Below are positions 39,226 through 48,226 of a DNA stretch of 64,000 bases, piece after piece; position 1 is the first letter of the stretch; each line of letters starts with the position of its first letter. Under the pieces are notes generated by a model. That model was given only the letters and a program-made list of their open reading frames with translations, had not been told where the DNA came from and ran no database searches. This DNA comes from Dehalococcoidales bacterium (lineage in GTDB: Bacteria; Chloroflexota; Dehalococcoidia; Dehalococcoidales; RBG-16-60-22), in assembly GCA_034409565.1 (NCBI GenBank), contig DAOUMS010000022.1, forward strand, positions 116,354-180,353, read 5' to 3'. A program made the translations under genes and the position numbers.

Positions 39226-39447
39226 CTATCTACCGGGCATTCAACAAAGCGAGACATGACCAGCCGCCAGCGCCTCCAGCTTTCTTACCTAGCCGTACCA
39301 GCCAAAGCTGTGATAAAATATAAACGGTAGAGCTCGGCTCTGTAAGGTGGCTGATAGCATCTGATTGACCAGAATAACCGGAAAGCCTTTTTATTTCACC
39401 GGTCAGCCGCTTTAGTTTAAACATTTGGGGTTCATCACGGGGAGGTT

Positions 39448-41775
39448 ATGAGATATTCCCCTCTGCAAGTTGATACCAGGGCCAGACTGCGCATTGAGGT
39501 CAAGGGCATAGTACAGGGGGTCGGCTTCCGACCTTTTGTCTACCGGCTAGCCAAGAACTGCCACCTGACTGGCTGGGTACGCAATACCTCCGGCAACGTG
39601 ACCATTGAGGTGGAGGGGCCTGAAGAAAGCGTCCGCCGGTTTCTAGTTCTCCTCAGAGAAAAAACGCCCCCCGCCGCCCGCGTTCAGGATGTTACCACCC
39701 AGAAACTAACCGCCAAAGGTGATATTGATTTTACCATCAGAAAAAGCCAGCCTGAGGCGGGGAAATACCAGCCGGTCTCCCCTGACCTGGCCACCTGCCC
39801 CGAATGTCTGCAAGAGGTCTTTCAGCCGGAAAACCGCCGCTATCTCTATCCCTTCACCAACTGTACCAACTGCGGCCCCCGCTTCACCATCATCCGGGAC
39901 ATTCCCTATGACCGCCCGAAGACTACCATGAGCCGTTTCACCATGTGCCCGGAGTGCCAGGCGGAGTATGACGACCCGCTTGACCGCCGCTTTCATGCCC
40001 AGCCCAACGCCTGCCCGAGGTGCGGCCCCGGCCTGCAACTGGTGGACAGCGATGGTATTCCAGTGAACGACCAAGACCCACTCCGTAAAGCAGCCGAACT
40101 TCTCCAGCGGGGCTATATCATCGCCGTCAAGGGCCTGGGCGGCTTTCAGCTTGCTTGTGATGCTACCAACCGGGAGGTCGTAGCGCGCCTCAGAGAGCGG
40201 AAAAAGCGACCCGCCAAACCGTTTGCCCTCATGATGGCCTCCATTGCCGAAATCGAAAAACACGGCTGCGTTTCACCTGAAGAAGCCGAATTGCTGCTCT
40301 CGCCAAATGCGCCCATCGTCCTGTTGCGGTGGCGGAAAGATGTCTCCAGTGTAACGCCGCTGGTCGCGGAAAATAATAAATATCTCGGTGTCATGCTGCC
40401 CTATACGCCGCTGCACCATATCCTGCTTCACCATGTGGCACGACCGCTGGTCATGACCAGCGGCAACCTCAGCGAGGAACCAATCTGCCAGGATAACGAT
40501 GAAGCCCTGCGCCGACTCCACGGCATTGCCGACTATTTCCTGCTGCACAACCGGGATATACACGCCCGCTACGATGACAGCGTTTACCTCGTAGAAAAAG
40601 ATAAACCGCGCGCCATCAGGCGCGCCCGCGGCTACGCCCCGTCTCCCATCCACCTCCCCTTCAAGGCCAGGCAGGTGCTGGCCTGCGGCACCGAGGAGAA
40701 AAACAGCTTCTGCCTGACCAGAGATGAAAACGCCTTCCTGAGCCAGCACATCGGCGACATGGATAATGAAGAGACACAGGAGCATTTTGAAAATACTATC
40801 GACCTCTACCAGCGACTGTTCCGCGTCCAGCCGGAAATCATCGCCCATGACCTGCACCCTGAGTATCTGTCCACTAAATACGCTCGGCAATATGCCGCGT
40901 CTAAAGGGTTAAAAACAATCGGCATACAGCACCATCATGCCCATGTTGTCAGTTGCCTGGTGGAAAATGAGTTCCGAGAGCCGGTCATCGGTGTCGCCTT
41001 CGATGGCGTGGGCTACGGCACCGATGGCGACCTCTGGGGTGGCGAATTCCTGGTCGCTGACTGGGGCAGTTTCGAGCGCGCCGCCCATCTGGAATATGTG
41101 CCGATGCCGGGCGGAGTTGCTGCCATTCGCCGGCCATACCGCATGGCGCTCAGCTATATCTATACGCTCCTCGGCGAAGAGACGCCACTGGAAGGCCTCC
41201 CCATCATGAGTAAAATAACGGCCGATGAAGTTAATATTGTTAAAGCCCAGCTGGGGCGGAGGTTTAACTCACCGCTTACCTCCGGGGCGGGGCGGCTTTT
41301 TGACGCGGTATCCGCACTGGCCGGCGTCCGGGGGCAGATTGACTACGAGGCACAGGCCGCTATCGAGCTGGAAATGCTTGCCCCCGATGATTTAACCCGG
41401 TTTAAACCCTACCCGTTCGTCATATCCAGAGATGAAAAACCAGCCATAATTAAACTGAAAGAGCTTATTTCCGCCGTGCTCAATGATGTCCAAAATGGCA
41501 TCAAGCCAGACGTCATCTCTGCCCGGTTCCATAAAACAATGGCCCAGATTATTCTGGAGACCTGCCGCTTGATTTCACCGCCGTCCGGCCGGAAAACGGT
41601 GGCCTTGAGCGGCGGCGTTTTTCAGAATCGCCGGTTTTTTAATCTAGCGATTGATGCTCTGGAAAAGGAAGGGTTTCAGGTATTGAGCCACCATACGGTA
41701 CCATGTAATGATGGCGGCATTTCTCTGGGACAAGCAGCAATTGCCAGTTATAAAGAGCTGAATAAAATAGAGTAA
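39448..41775 (+). CDS. hypF: [NiFe]-hydrogenase maturation carbamoyltransferase HypF
   Basis: 775 aa. Acylphosphatase N-terminus (VKGIVQGVGFRPFVYRLA), two zinc-finger pairs (CPECLQE...CTNCGPRF, CPECQAEY...CPRCGP), and YrdC-like plus Kae1-like domains. Confidence 0.95.
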   Translation: MRYSPLQVDTRARLRIEVKGIVQGVGFRPFVYRLAKNCHLTGWVRNTSGNVTIEVEGPEESVRRFLVLLREKTPPAARVQDVTTQKLTAKGDIDFTIRKSQPEAGKYQPVSPDLATCPECLQEVFQPENRRYLYPFTNCTNCGPRFTIIRDIPYDRPKTTMSRFTMCPECQAEYDDPLDRRFHAQPNACPRCGPGLQLVDSDGIPVNDQDPLRKAAELLQRGYIIAVKGLGGFQLACDATNREVVARLRERKKRPAKPFALMMASIAEIEKHGCVSPEEAELLLSPNAPIVLLRWRKDVSSVTPLVAENNKYLGVMLPYTPLHHILLHHVARPLVMTSGNLSEEPICQDNDEALRRLHGIADYFLLHNRDIHARYDDSVYLVEKDKPRAIRRARGYAPSPIHLPFKARQVLACGTEEKNSFCLTRDENAFLSQHIGDMDNEETQEHFENTIDLYQRLFRVQPEIIAHDLHPEYLSTKYARQYAASKGLKTIGIQHHHAHVVSCLVENEFREPVIGVAFDGVGYGTDGDLWGGEFLVADWGSFERAAHLEYVPMPGGVAAIRRPYRMALSYIYTLLGEETPLEGLPIMSKITADEVNIVKAQLGRRFNSPLTSGAGRLFDAVSALAGVRGQIDYEAQAAIELEMLAPDDLTRFKPYPFVISRDEKPAIIKLKELISAVLNDVQNGIKPDVISARFHKTMAQIILETCRLISPPSGRKTVALSGGVFQNRRFFNLAIDALEKEGFQVLSHHTVPCNDGGISLGQAAIASYKELNKIE

Positions 41776-41787
41776 GGAGTAAATCAC

Positions 41788-42015
41788 GTGTGCCTAGCCA
41801 TACCAGCACGGATAAAATCGATAAATGGCACCGAGGCCGAGGTTGAAATCGGCGGCATAATGCGCCAGATAAGTATTATGCTCACCCCTGAGGCCAGGAT
41901 TGGCGATTACGTGCTTCTGCACGCCGGCTATGCCATCAATATTCTCGACCAGGCGCAGGCAGAGGAAACGCTGGCCATATTCGCCGAGATGAGCGAAATT
42001 ATGGAGAAGGAATGA
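41788..42015 (+). CDS. hypC: Hydrogenase maturation chaperone HypC
   Basis: 75 aa beginning MCLAIPARI (essential N-terminal Cys). GTG start. Confidence 0.9.
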   Translation: MCLAIPARIKSINGTEAEVEIGGIMRQISIMLTPEARIGDYVLLHAGYAINILDQAQAEETLAIFAEMSEIMEKE

Positions 42016-43106
42016 AGTTAGTCAGCGAGTTCCGTCAGCCCGAGATGGCAGACGGTCTTGTCCACAGCATCAAGCGACATGCCGGCAAGAAAGCGCGTTT
42101 CATGGAGTTCTGCGGCGGCCATACCGTGTCCATTATGAAGTTTGGCCTCCGCCAGTTGCTACCGTCAACATTGACCCTTACCTCGGGGCCGGGGTGCCCG
42201 GTATGTGTCACGGACAACGCTGACCTTGATAAAGCCATTGCCCTGGCCTCTCTGCCCGATGTCATGGTGGCTTCATTCGGCGACATGGTGAGGGTGCCCG
42301 GCAGCCGTTCCAGCCTTCAGGAGGCTAAGGCAAACGGCGCCGACGTGCGCGTTGTCTATTCCACCCTCGATGCCCTTTCCTTAGCCAGGGAAAACCCGGA
42401 GAAATCGGTGGTATTCCTGGGCATCGGCTTTGAGACCACCGCCCCCACCGTTGCCGCCTCAGTCCTGCAAGCGGAGCGGGAGGGCCTGAAGAATTACTAC
42501 GTGCTCTCCATGCACAAGCTCTGCCCGCCTGTAATCAGGGCGCTGCTGGACTCCGGCGAGGTCAACCTGCAGGGACTTATCTGCCCCGGCCACGTCAGCG
42601 CCGTCATCGGCTCAAGGCCGTGGGGGTTCATCGCCCGCGACTATGGGATACCCTGCGTTGTCTCCGGCTTCGAGCCACTGGATATACTGCAGTGCATTGA
42701 CCTGCTGACAAAGCAGGTGGCCAATGGCGAGGCTAAAGTAGAAATCGCCTACCGGCGCGGGGTCAGCCGGGAGGGAAACCAGACCGCCATCGGGATTATG
42801 GAACGAGTATTCGAGCCTGCTCCGGCACGCTGGCGCGGCTTCGGCGAGGTGGCCGGAAGCGGCCTCAAGCTGCGCTCTGAGTTCGCCCGCTTTGACGCCG
42901 AGCTGAACTTTGACTTTGACCCCGGCCCCACGGAGACCCCGAAGGGCTGTTTATGCGGAGAGGTGCTGCGGGGGGTTAAATCGCCCGGAGACTGCACACT
43001 GTTCCGCCATACCTGCACCCCGGCCAGCCCGGTGGGTCCCTGCATGGTCTCGGCTGAAGGCACCTGTGCCGCTTACTACCATTACGGTGAAGATGATGTC
43101 CGATAA
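42012..43106 (+). CDS. hypD: Hydrogenase maturation protein HypD
   Basis: 364 aa. FCGGHT, GPGCPVCV and C-terminal Cys-rich Fe-S motifs. The start overlaps the hypC stop by 4 nt. Confidence 0.95.
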   Translation: MKLVSEFRQPEMADGLVHSIKRHAGKKARFMEFCGGHTVSIMKFGLRQLLPSTLTLTSGPGCPVCVTDNADLDKAIALASLPDVMVASFGDMVRVPGSRSSLQEAKANGADVRVVYSTLDALSLARENPEKSVVFLGIGFETTAPTVAASVLQAEREGLKNYYVLSMHKLCPPVIRALLDSGEVNLQGLICPGHVSAVIGSRPWGFIARDYGIPCVVSGFEPLDILQCIDLLTKQVANGEAKVEIAYRRGVSREGNQTAIGIMERVFEPAPARWRGFGEVAGSGLKLRSEFARFDAELNFDFDPGPTETPKGCLCGEVLRGVKSPGDCTLFRHTCTPASPVGPCMVSAEGTCAAYYHYGEDDVR

Positions 43107-44100
43107 GATTTTACTGGCCCACGGGAGCGGAGGCAGGCTGGCCCATGATATCATCCACAATAGTTTCCTTCCCGCGCTGTCCAACCCCTTTCTCACCCGG
43201 CTTGACGACTCGGCGGTGGTTGAAGCGGGGGGCAGGCTGGCCTTCACCACCGACAGCTACGTCGTCCAGCCCATCTTTTTCCCCGGCGGGGACATCGGCA
43301 AGCTCGCCGTCTGCGGCACCATAAACGACCTAGCCATGGTAGGCGCTACACCCCACTACTTGAGCCTGGCTTTCATCATTGAAGAAGGTCTGCTGCTGAG
43401 CGACCTCGAAAAAGTGGTCGATTCAATCAAAGAGACGGTCACAGCCGCCGGTGTGGTCGTGGTTACCGGCGATACCAAGGTGGTCAACCGCGGCACCGCC
43501 GATAAACTTTTCATCAATACCGCCGGTATCGGCACCATACCTGATGGGGTGAACATTTCCGGGCACAGCGCCCGACCGGGGGACGTGCTGCTCCTGAACG
43601 GTACCATTGGCGACCACGGTATCGCCGTGCTCAGCCAGCGCGAGGGGATTAATTTTACCACCAAATTAGAAAGCGACTGCGCTCCACTGCACGGCCTGGT
43701 GGCGGAGATGCTGGCGGCAAGCCACAATATCCACTGCCTGCGCGACCCCACCCGCGGCGGCCTGGCCACCACGCTGAACGAAATCGCCGAGCAGTCGGGA
43801 GTAAGCATAAGGATATATGAAGAAAAAATACCGGTCCGGGAGGAGGTCGTCAGCGCCTGCGAGATGCTGGGTCTGGACCCGCTCTACGTGGCCAACGAGG
43901 GCAAGCTGGTGGCCGCCGTAGCCCCCGACGAGGCTGATAGCATCATGGAGCGGATGAAGAGGCATAAATACGGTCGAGACGCCGCCATCATCGGTGAGAT
44001 AAAGGAGGAAAACCCGGGACGGGTGGTCATGAAGACCAGACTCGGTACCACACGCATTATTGATATGCTGGTCGGTGAGCCGCTGCCCAGGATATGCTAG
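43093..44100 (+). CDS. hypE: Hydrogenase maturation protein HypE
   Basis: MMSDKILLAHGSGG... N-terminus and C-terminal ...PRIC, the conserved terminal Cys motif. The track's upstream extension from 42910 overlaps hypD and was trimmed. Confidence 0.9.
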   Translation: MMSDKILLAHGSGGRLAHDIIHNSFLPALSNPFLTRLDDSAVVEAGGRLAFTTDSYVVQPIFFPGGDIGKLAVCGTINDLAMVGATPHYLSLAFIIEEGLLLSDLEKVVDSIKETVTAAGVVVVTGDTKVVNRGTADKLFINTAGIGTIPDGVNISGHSARPGDVLLLNGTIGDHGIAVLSQREGINFTTKLESDCAPLHGLVAEMLAASHNIHCLRDPTRGGLATTLNEIAEQSGVSIRIYEEKIPVREEVVSACEMLGLDPLYVANEGKLVAAVAPDEADSIMERMKRHKYGRDAAIIGEIKEENPGRVVMKTRLGTTRIIDMLVGEPLPRIC

Positions 44101-44102
44101 TT

Positions 44103-44444
44103 ATGCATGAGATGTCGGTAACCATGAGCCTTTTAGACCTTGTCCTGGAGGAAGCCGCCAAAGCCGGCGCCAGCAAAATAGTCGGGGTAAATATCGTGCT
44201 CGGCGAGATGACCGGCATCATTGACCACTATGTTCAGGCGAACTTTGAACTGCTCAGCCAGAACACGCCCGCGGAAGGAGCCGCACTTTCCTTTCGGAAC
44301 ATACCACGGCAGGCGCGCTGCCGACACTGCGCTCATTTATTTCAGCCCACCGACTTCGAATGGACCTGCCCGAAATGCCAGACAGCGGAAATCGAAATAA
44401 CCGGCGGTAGTGAACTGTACGTCGAGAGTATTGAGGTGGAGTAA
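44103..44444 (+). CDS. hypA: Hydrogenase nickel insertion protein HypA
   Basis: MHEMSV N-terminus (MHE Ni site) and a CxxC...CxxC zinc site (CRHC...CPKC). Confidence 0.85.
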   Translation: MHEMSVTMSLLDLVLEEAAKAGASKIVGVNIVLGEMTGIIDHYVQANFELLSQNTPAEGAALSFRNIPRQARCRHCAHLFQPTDFEWTCPKCQTAEIEITGGSELYVESIEVE

Positions 44445-45115
44445 TGGAAATTAAAGTATTGAAAGACATCCTGAATGCCAACAGCCAGATTGCAGAGCAG
44501 AACCGAAAGCTGCTCACCAGCAAACGCGTCATGACCATCAACCTTATGTCCTCACCGGGTTCCGGGAAAACAACGCTTATTCTGAGGACAGTCGAGGCAC
44601 TCAAGGGCAAGGCCCGCATTGCCGTAATTGAAGGCGACGTCAGTTCCAGCATTGACACCGAGAAGCTGAGCCAGGCCGGAATTACCGCCATCCAGATAAA
44701 TACCGGCGGTGCCTGCCATCTGGACGCCAGCATGGTGAATTCGGGGCTGGCCAACCTTCCCCTTGATGACATTGACATCCTTTTCATTGAAAACGTGGGC
44801 AACCTCATCTGCCCCGGCGGCTTTGACCTCGGTGAGTACCTCAGGGTGGTCATTCTCAGCACACCCGAGGGCGATGATAAACCGCACAAGTACCCGTTGC
44901 TCTTCACCCAGGCCAAGGCGCTGCTGGTAAATAAATCCGACCTGCTGCCACACGTCGGATTTGACCTGGCCGCTTTCACCCGCGCCTTCAAAGGTCTCAA
45001 TCAAGAAGCCGCCCTTTTCACCGTCTCCGGACTTACCGGTGAAGGCATCGATGAATGGGTGAAATGGGTCATGGATAATCTAAATAAGATGCGCGCCCTG
45101 AAGCCGGTAAAATAG
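44444..45115 (+). CDS. hypB: Hydrogenase nickel insertion GTPase HypB
   Basis: 223 aa. P-loop SSPGSGKTTLI, ENVGNLICP and NKSDL G-motifs. No His-rich N-terminal stretch. Confidence 0.9.
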   Translation: MEIKVLKDILNANSQIAEQNRKLLTSKRVMTINLMSSPGSGKTTLILRTVEALKGKARIAVIEGDVSSSIDTEKLSQAGITAIQINTGGACHLDASMVNSGLANLPLDDIDILFIENVGNLICPGGFDLGEYLRVVILSTPEGDDKPHKYPLLFTQAKALLVNKSDLLPHVGFDLAAFTRAFKGLNQEAALFTVSGLTGEGIDEWVKWVMDNLNKMRALKPVK

Positions 45116-45132
45116 ACAGGCGGAGCACAGCG

Positions 45133-45918
45133 ATGGAAGACAGGAAGATTGTCAACGTAGGCATCACCGGAGCCTCCGGACACATTGGCACCACACTGGC
45201 CGAAGGTCTCCCAGAACACTACAGGCTTACCCTGTTTTACAACCGACGCGAGATAAAAGCCGACCTCGCCGGCAAGCACAAAACGGTAAAGGCTGACCTA
45301 GCCAGAGTCGAACAGGTACAGGGGATATTTGAGGGGCTCGATGCGGTGCTCCACCTCGCCGCCGACCCATCGACCGAGGCCAGCTGGGAAAGCGTCCTCC
45401 ACAATAACATCATCGCCACCTACAACGTGTTTGAGGAGGCAAGAAGGGCAGGCGTGCTGAAAATCGTGTTCGCCAGCACCAATCACACGCAGCATGATTA
45501 CATTGGTAAAACCCCTCTGACCCTGGACCGGTTTTTCGTCCCGACCATGGGATTCGTGAAACTGAGCGACCCGCCGGCACCCGACTCGTACTACGGCATC
45601 TCCAAGCTCTTCGGGGAAAACTTGGGCTGGTACTACTCAAGAAGATATGGCATCCAGTTTATATCCCTGCGCATCGGGTCAACATTCCCACAGGATGACC
45701 CCTCTATCTGGAAAGGCACAGAAAGAGAAGGCCATACGCGGGCTTTATTCCTGAGCAAGAGGGACTGCGTGGCGGCATTTGCCCGAGCCCTTGCGGTGAA
45801 CACTGACTTTCTGCTGGCCTACGCCATCAGCAACAACGACCGCCGTTTCTTTGACCTCACCGAGACCAAGGAAAAGCTGGGCTTTTATCCCAGAGATAAC
45901 GCCGAAGACTACTTCTAA
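45133..45918 (+). CDS. NAD-dependent epimerase/dehydratase-family (SDR) protein
   Basis: 261 aa. VGITGASGHIGTTLAEGL Rossmann motif and YGISKLFGE (YxxxK). Confidence 0.75.
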   Translation: MEDRKIVNVGITGASGHIGTTLAEGLPEHYRLTLFYNRREIKADLAGKHKTVKADLARVEQVQGIFEGLDAVLHLAADPSTEASWESVLHNNIIATYNVFEEARRAGVLKIVFASTNHTQHDYIGKTPLTLDRFFVPTMGFVKLSDPPAPDSYYGISKLFGENLGWYYSRRYGIQFISLRIGSTFPQDDPSIWKGTEREGHTRALFLSKRDCVAAFARALAVNTDFLLAYAISNNDRRFFDLTETKEKLGFYPRDNAEDYF

Positions 45919-45944
45919 CGCGAGCTAAAGCCCAATAAAGAGGA

Positions 45945-45971
45945 GTCGCCCTGCCATAATAGCAGGGCGAC
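45945..45971. terminator. Hairpin between convergent genes (probable bidirectional terminator)
   Basis: GTCGCCCTGC-CATAATA-GCAGGGCGAC, a perfect 10-bp stem. T-rich sequence follows on the minus strand (CTCCTCTTTATT). The plus-strand side is weaker. Confidence 0.5.
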
Positions 45972-46017
45972 CTCACTTTACGGCGTTTTGCTTCTCTTTT
46001 TATAGGGGTGAGTTAGG

Positions 46018-46125
46018 CTAGTCCTCCCACTCGCCACCTTTACCGATTTTAGAGATGCAAAAGACCAGACCACCAAGAAGTATTACCCAGATAACAATGG
46101 TGGAAACAATAGCTCCGGTTGTCAT
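46018..46125 (-). CDS. 35-aa single-TM protein, MetS-like small subunit of the adjacent NSS transporter
   Basis: Below the ORF-track size cut-off. My translation is MTTGAIVSTIVIWVILLGGLVFCISKIGKGGEWED. Its ATG lies 3 nt after the transporter stop. The pattern resembles the small subunits of methionine/alanine NSS importers. Confidence 0.5.
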   Translation of the reverse strand: MTTGAIVSTIVIWVILLGGLVFCISKIGKGGEWED

Positions 46126-46128
46126 TTT

Positions 46129-47646
46129 CTACTCACCCCCTCCGGCCGTCTTGGTCTTGATGAGTGACAGCAGGATGCTGAATATCAGGGTCACACCGAG
46201 TATAATCCATATGATGTCCGAGCCACCCAGCGCTCCGATTTCATAGCCGCTATACTGCTCTTTCATGTCCTTCATGAAGCCACCAACGACCACCACAAAT
46301 ATCAGTCCCGCGGGTACTACTATTCTTATCAGCCAGTCCCACCAGGCACCGATTCTGATATCCGAAGTCTCGTTGTTATGCTCTCTCAGCTTTCCAGGAC
46401 CGAATACCCAGCCGATAACCAGACAGGCCAGGGCACCGGTAATCAGCAGGCCATAGAAACACACGGCACGGTCAACCATATCCAGCCAGTACAGGCCACC
46501 CTGGGTGGTATAAAGAACGCCCACCAAGAAGGCAACGATGCTGACAATCAGGGTAGCTTTTATCCGGCTCAGGCCAAATTTGTCCATGAGCGGTACCGCG
46601 ACACCTCCATAGGCAAGGAAGTATGCCGACGTTGTACCCAGGGAGAACAAGCAGAGGAAGAAGAGTATCCCCACCAGAGCGTTGGCTCCCGGCATCATGG
46701 ATACTGCCACAGGATAGGTGACGAACGCCAGGCCCAAGCCCGAAGCACTGACCTCGCCAATCGAGATGTTCATCGCCTGCATGATGAAGCCAACGGTGCT
46801 GAAAACAGCAAAGCCGGCGAAGAAAGCCGTAGCGGCATCGGAGAAGGAAGTGATAACGGCACTGTTATTGACATCGGCCTTCCTAGCGATGAAGCTGCCA
46901 TAGGCTACCATGCCTGCCATACCCAGAGATAAGGTGAAGGCAATCTGGCTGAAGGCAGCAAACCAGACGTCTACATTACCGAGAACAGCAAAGTCAGGCG
47001 CCAGATAGAAGTTCAACCCTTCCAGTGCGCCGGGCAGGGTCACGCCCCGGATAAACAGGACGATTAGTAATAGCCAGGGCAGGATTACCAGGAATATGGA
47101 GACTTTGCCGATTACCCGGGCACCCCGGAACATTATCAGGAAAATAACCAGCCAGACAAATGCCAGCAAGCCAAGGATGAGCCATACCGGAGGCCCGAGA
47201 ACCATTGGGCCATCTGAAAGTTGTAAAACGGTGCCGAAAAAGAAATCACCGGCACCCTCAGCGCCAGCCTGACCCATGCCCCAGGCAACGGTTGCAGAAC
47301 TGATGGCGTAGCGCAGCGACCAGGCAATGATTACCGTGTAGTAGGTGACAATCAGAAAGGCAACCCAGACCGGCCACCAGCCCAGCCACTCCCACTTTCT
47401 GCCGATACCTTCGAATGCGCCGGGCGCACTTTTCTGGAAATAGCGGCCCATGCCGAATTCCATCAGCATCCAGGGAATGCCCATAACAATGAGGCCAATC
47501 ATATACGGAATTAAAAAGGTGCCACCACCGTACTCGTAGGTAATATAGGGGAAGCGCCAGACATTCCCCAGACCGATTGCCGAACCTATGGCGGCAAAGA
47601 TAAACGGCGCTCGACTGGTCCATCTTTCCCTCGTTACTTCAGCCAA
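46129..47646 (-). CDS. Sodium-dependent transporter, neurotransmitter:sodium symporter (NSS/SNF) family
   Basis: 505 aa. RERWTSRAPFIFAAIGSAIGLGNVWRFPYITYEYGGGTFLIPY is the NSS TM1 signature. TTG start 8 nt after AAGGAGG. Confidence 0.9.
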   Translation of the reverse strand: MAEVTRERWTSRAPFIFAAIGSAIGLGNVWRFPYITYEYGGGTFLIPYMIGLIVMGIPWMLMEFGMGRYFQKSAPGAFEGIGRKWEWLGWWPVWVAFLIVTYYTVIIAWSLRYAISSATVAWGMGQAGAEGAGDFFFGTVLQLSDGPMVLGPPVWLILGLLAFVWLVIFLIMFRGARVIGKVSIFLVILPWLLLIVLFIRGVTLPGALEGLNFYLAPDFAVLGNVDVWFAAFSQIAFTLSLGMAGMVAYGSFIARKADVNNSAVITSFSDAATAFFAGFAVFSTVGFIMQAMNISIGEVSASGLGLAFVTYPVAVSMMPGANALVGILFFLCLFSLGTTSAYFLAYGGVAVPLMDKFGLSRIKATLIVSIVAFLVGVLYTTQGGLYWLDMVDRAVCFYGLLITGALACLVIGWVFGPGKLREHNNETSDIRIGAWWDWLIRIVVPAGLIFVVVVGGFMKDMKEQYSGYEIGALGGSDIIWIILGVTLIFSILLSLIKTKTAGGGE

Positions 47647-47795
47647 TTAAGTGACCTCCTTTTTTGAAGATAGCCATTGGACCAAATATCCTTAGAATTG
47701 TGGTAGGCAGGCACCTCCTTCCTCACGAGCCGTCGTGATTGCTTATCACCGCAGGTATGAATTTAGGTATACATAAAATAACCCTGTAGCTCAAA

Positions 47796-47824
47796 ATTTT
47801 ACACGGGAAACAAGGTATTGTCAA
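47796..47824 (-). promoter_or_regulatory. Sigma-70-like promoter (TTGACA-17-TAAAAT) for the NSS transporter operon
   Basis: Read on the minus strand. It predicts a leader of about 140 nt before the TTG start. Confidence 0.5.
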
Positions 47825-47843
47825 TAGGTATGCCCGAAATATA

Positions 47844-47872
47844 TTGACAATGAGACCAAATTATTATTAAAT
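47844..47872 (+). promoter_or_regulatory. Promoter-like element (TTGACA-17-TTAAAT) for the RNA locus below
   Basis: Exact -35 and a mediocre -10. Divergent from the NSS promoter. Confidence 0.4.
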
Positions 47873-47880
47873 TATATATA

Positions 47881-48138
47881 GAGGCTCGTGGCTCCCGAAT
47901 CTTAACTTGGAGGAGGCGATGCTATGAAGCTTCACGAAGTCTTCGGGGTGTGGCAGGTGGACAGCTGATGCCCTGTCTCCGGACAGGGCGGACGGACCTC
48001 GAACCCGACTCGAGTTAGTGATGTAGAGGTCAGTCTCAGCAAAGAGAGACCACATCCGGCGGTGGTAACCGGAAGTGAGTCGGGCTCGGGATGAAAAAGC
48101 AACCAGCGGGGGGCACTGAGAAGTGCCCCCCAATTTTT
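47881..48138 (+). ncRNA. Unclassified structured RNA / leader candidate (about 255 nt) containing a 14-codon sORF
   Basis: It is bounded by the promoter-like element and a strong terminator, and I traced several helices by hand (see findings). I could not match it to any RNA family. Confidence 0.4.
48108..48138 (+). terminator. Rho-independent terminator
   Basis: GGGGGGCACT-GAGA-AGTGCCCCCC (10-bp stem, GNRA loop) followed by AATTTTT. Confidence 0.75.
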
Positions 48139-48226
48139 CACCAGATAAACACCATGATAATGCCGTCTAAGCCTGATACTTGACACTGTATCGCCACGAA
48201 ACCTACAATTGATAACCGGGTTCGTC

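Noticed and set aside
42910-43092. N-terminal 61-aa extension of hypE given by the ORF track
   Set aside because: The extension lies wholly inside hypD in another frame. The conserved HypE N-terminus (MMSDKILLAHGSGG) starts at ATG 43093.
47881-48138. T-box leader (because of GGTGGTAACCGG at 48061-48072 and AGAGAG at 48044-48049) or c-di-AMP ydaO riboswitch (GAACCCGAC, GGGGTG, GACAGCTGAT)
   Set aside because: For a T-box, the AGAGAG lies in the wrong order and position, no Stem I, specifier loop or antiterminator bulge geometry can be drawn, and the downstream gene (rpe) is not an amino-acid gene. For ydaO, only short strings match, and the ACCUCGUAAGCG / AAUC...GGGGA core is missing. I left it unclassified.
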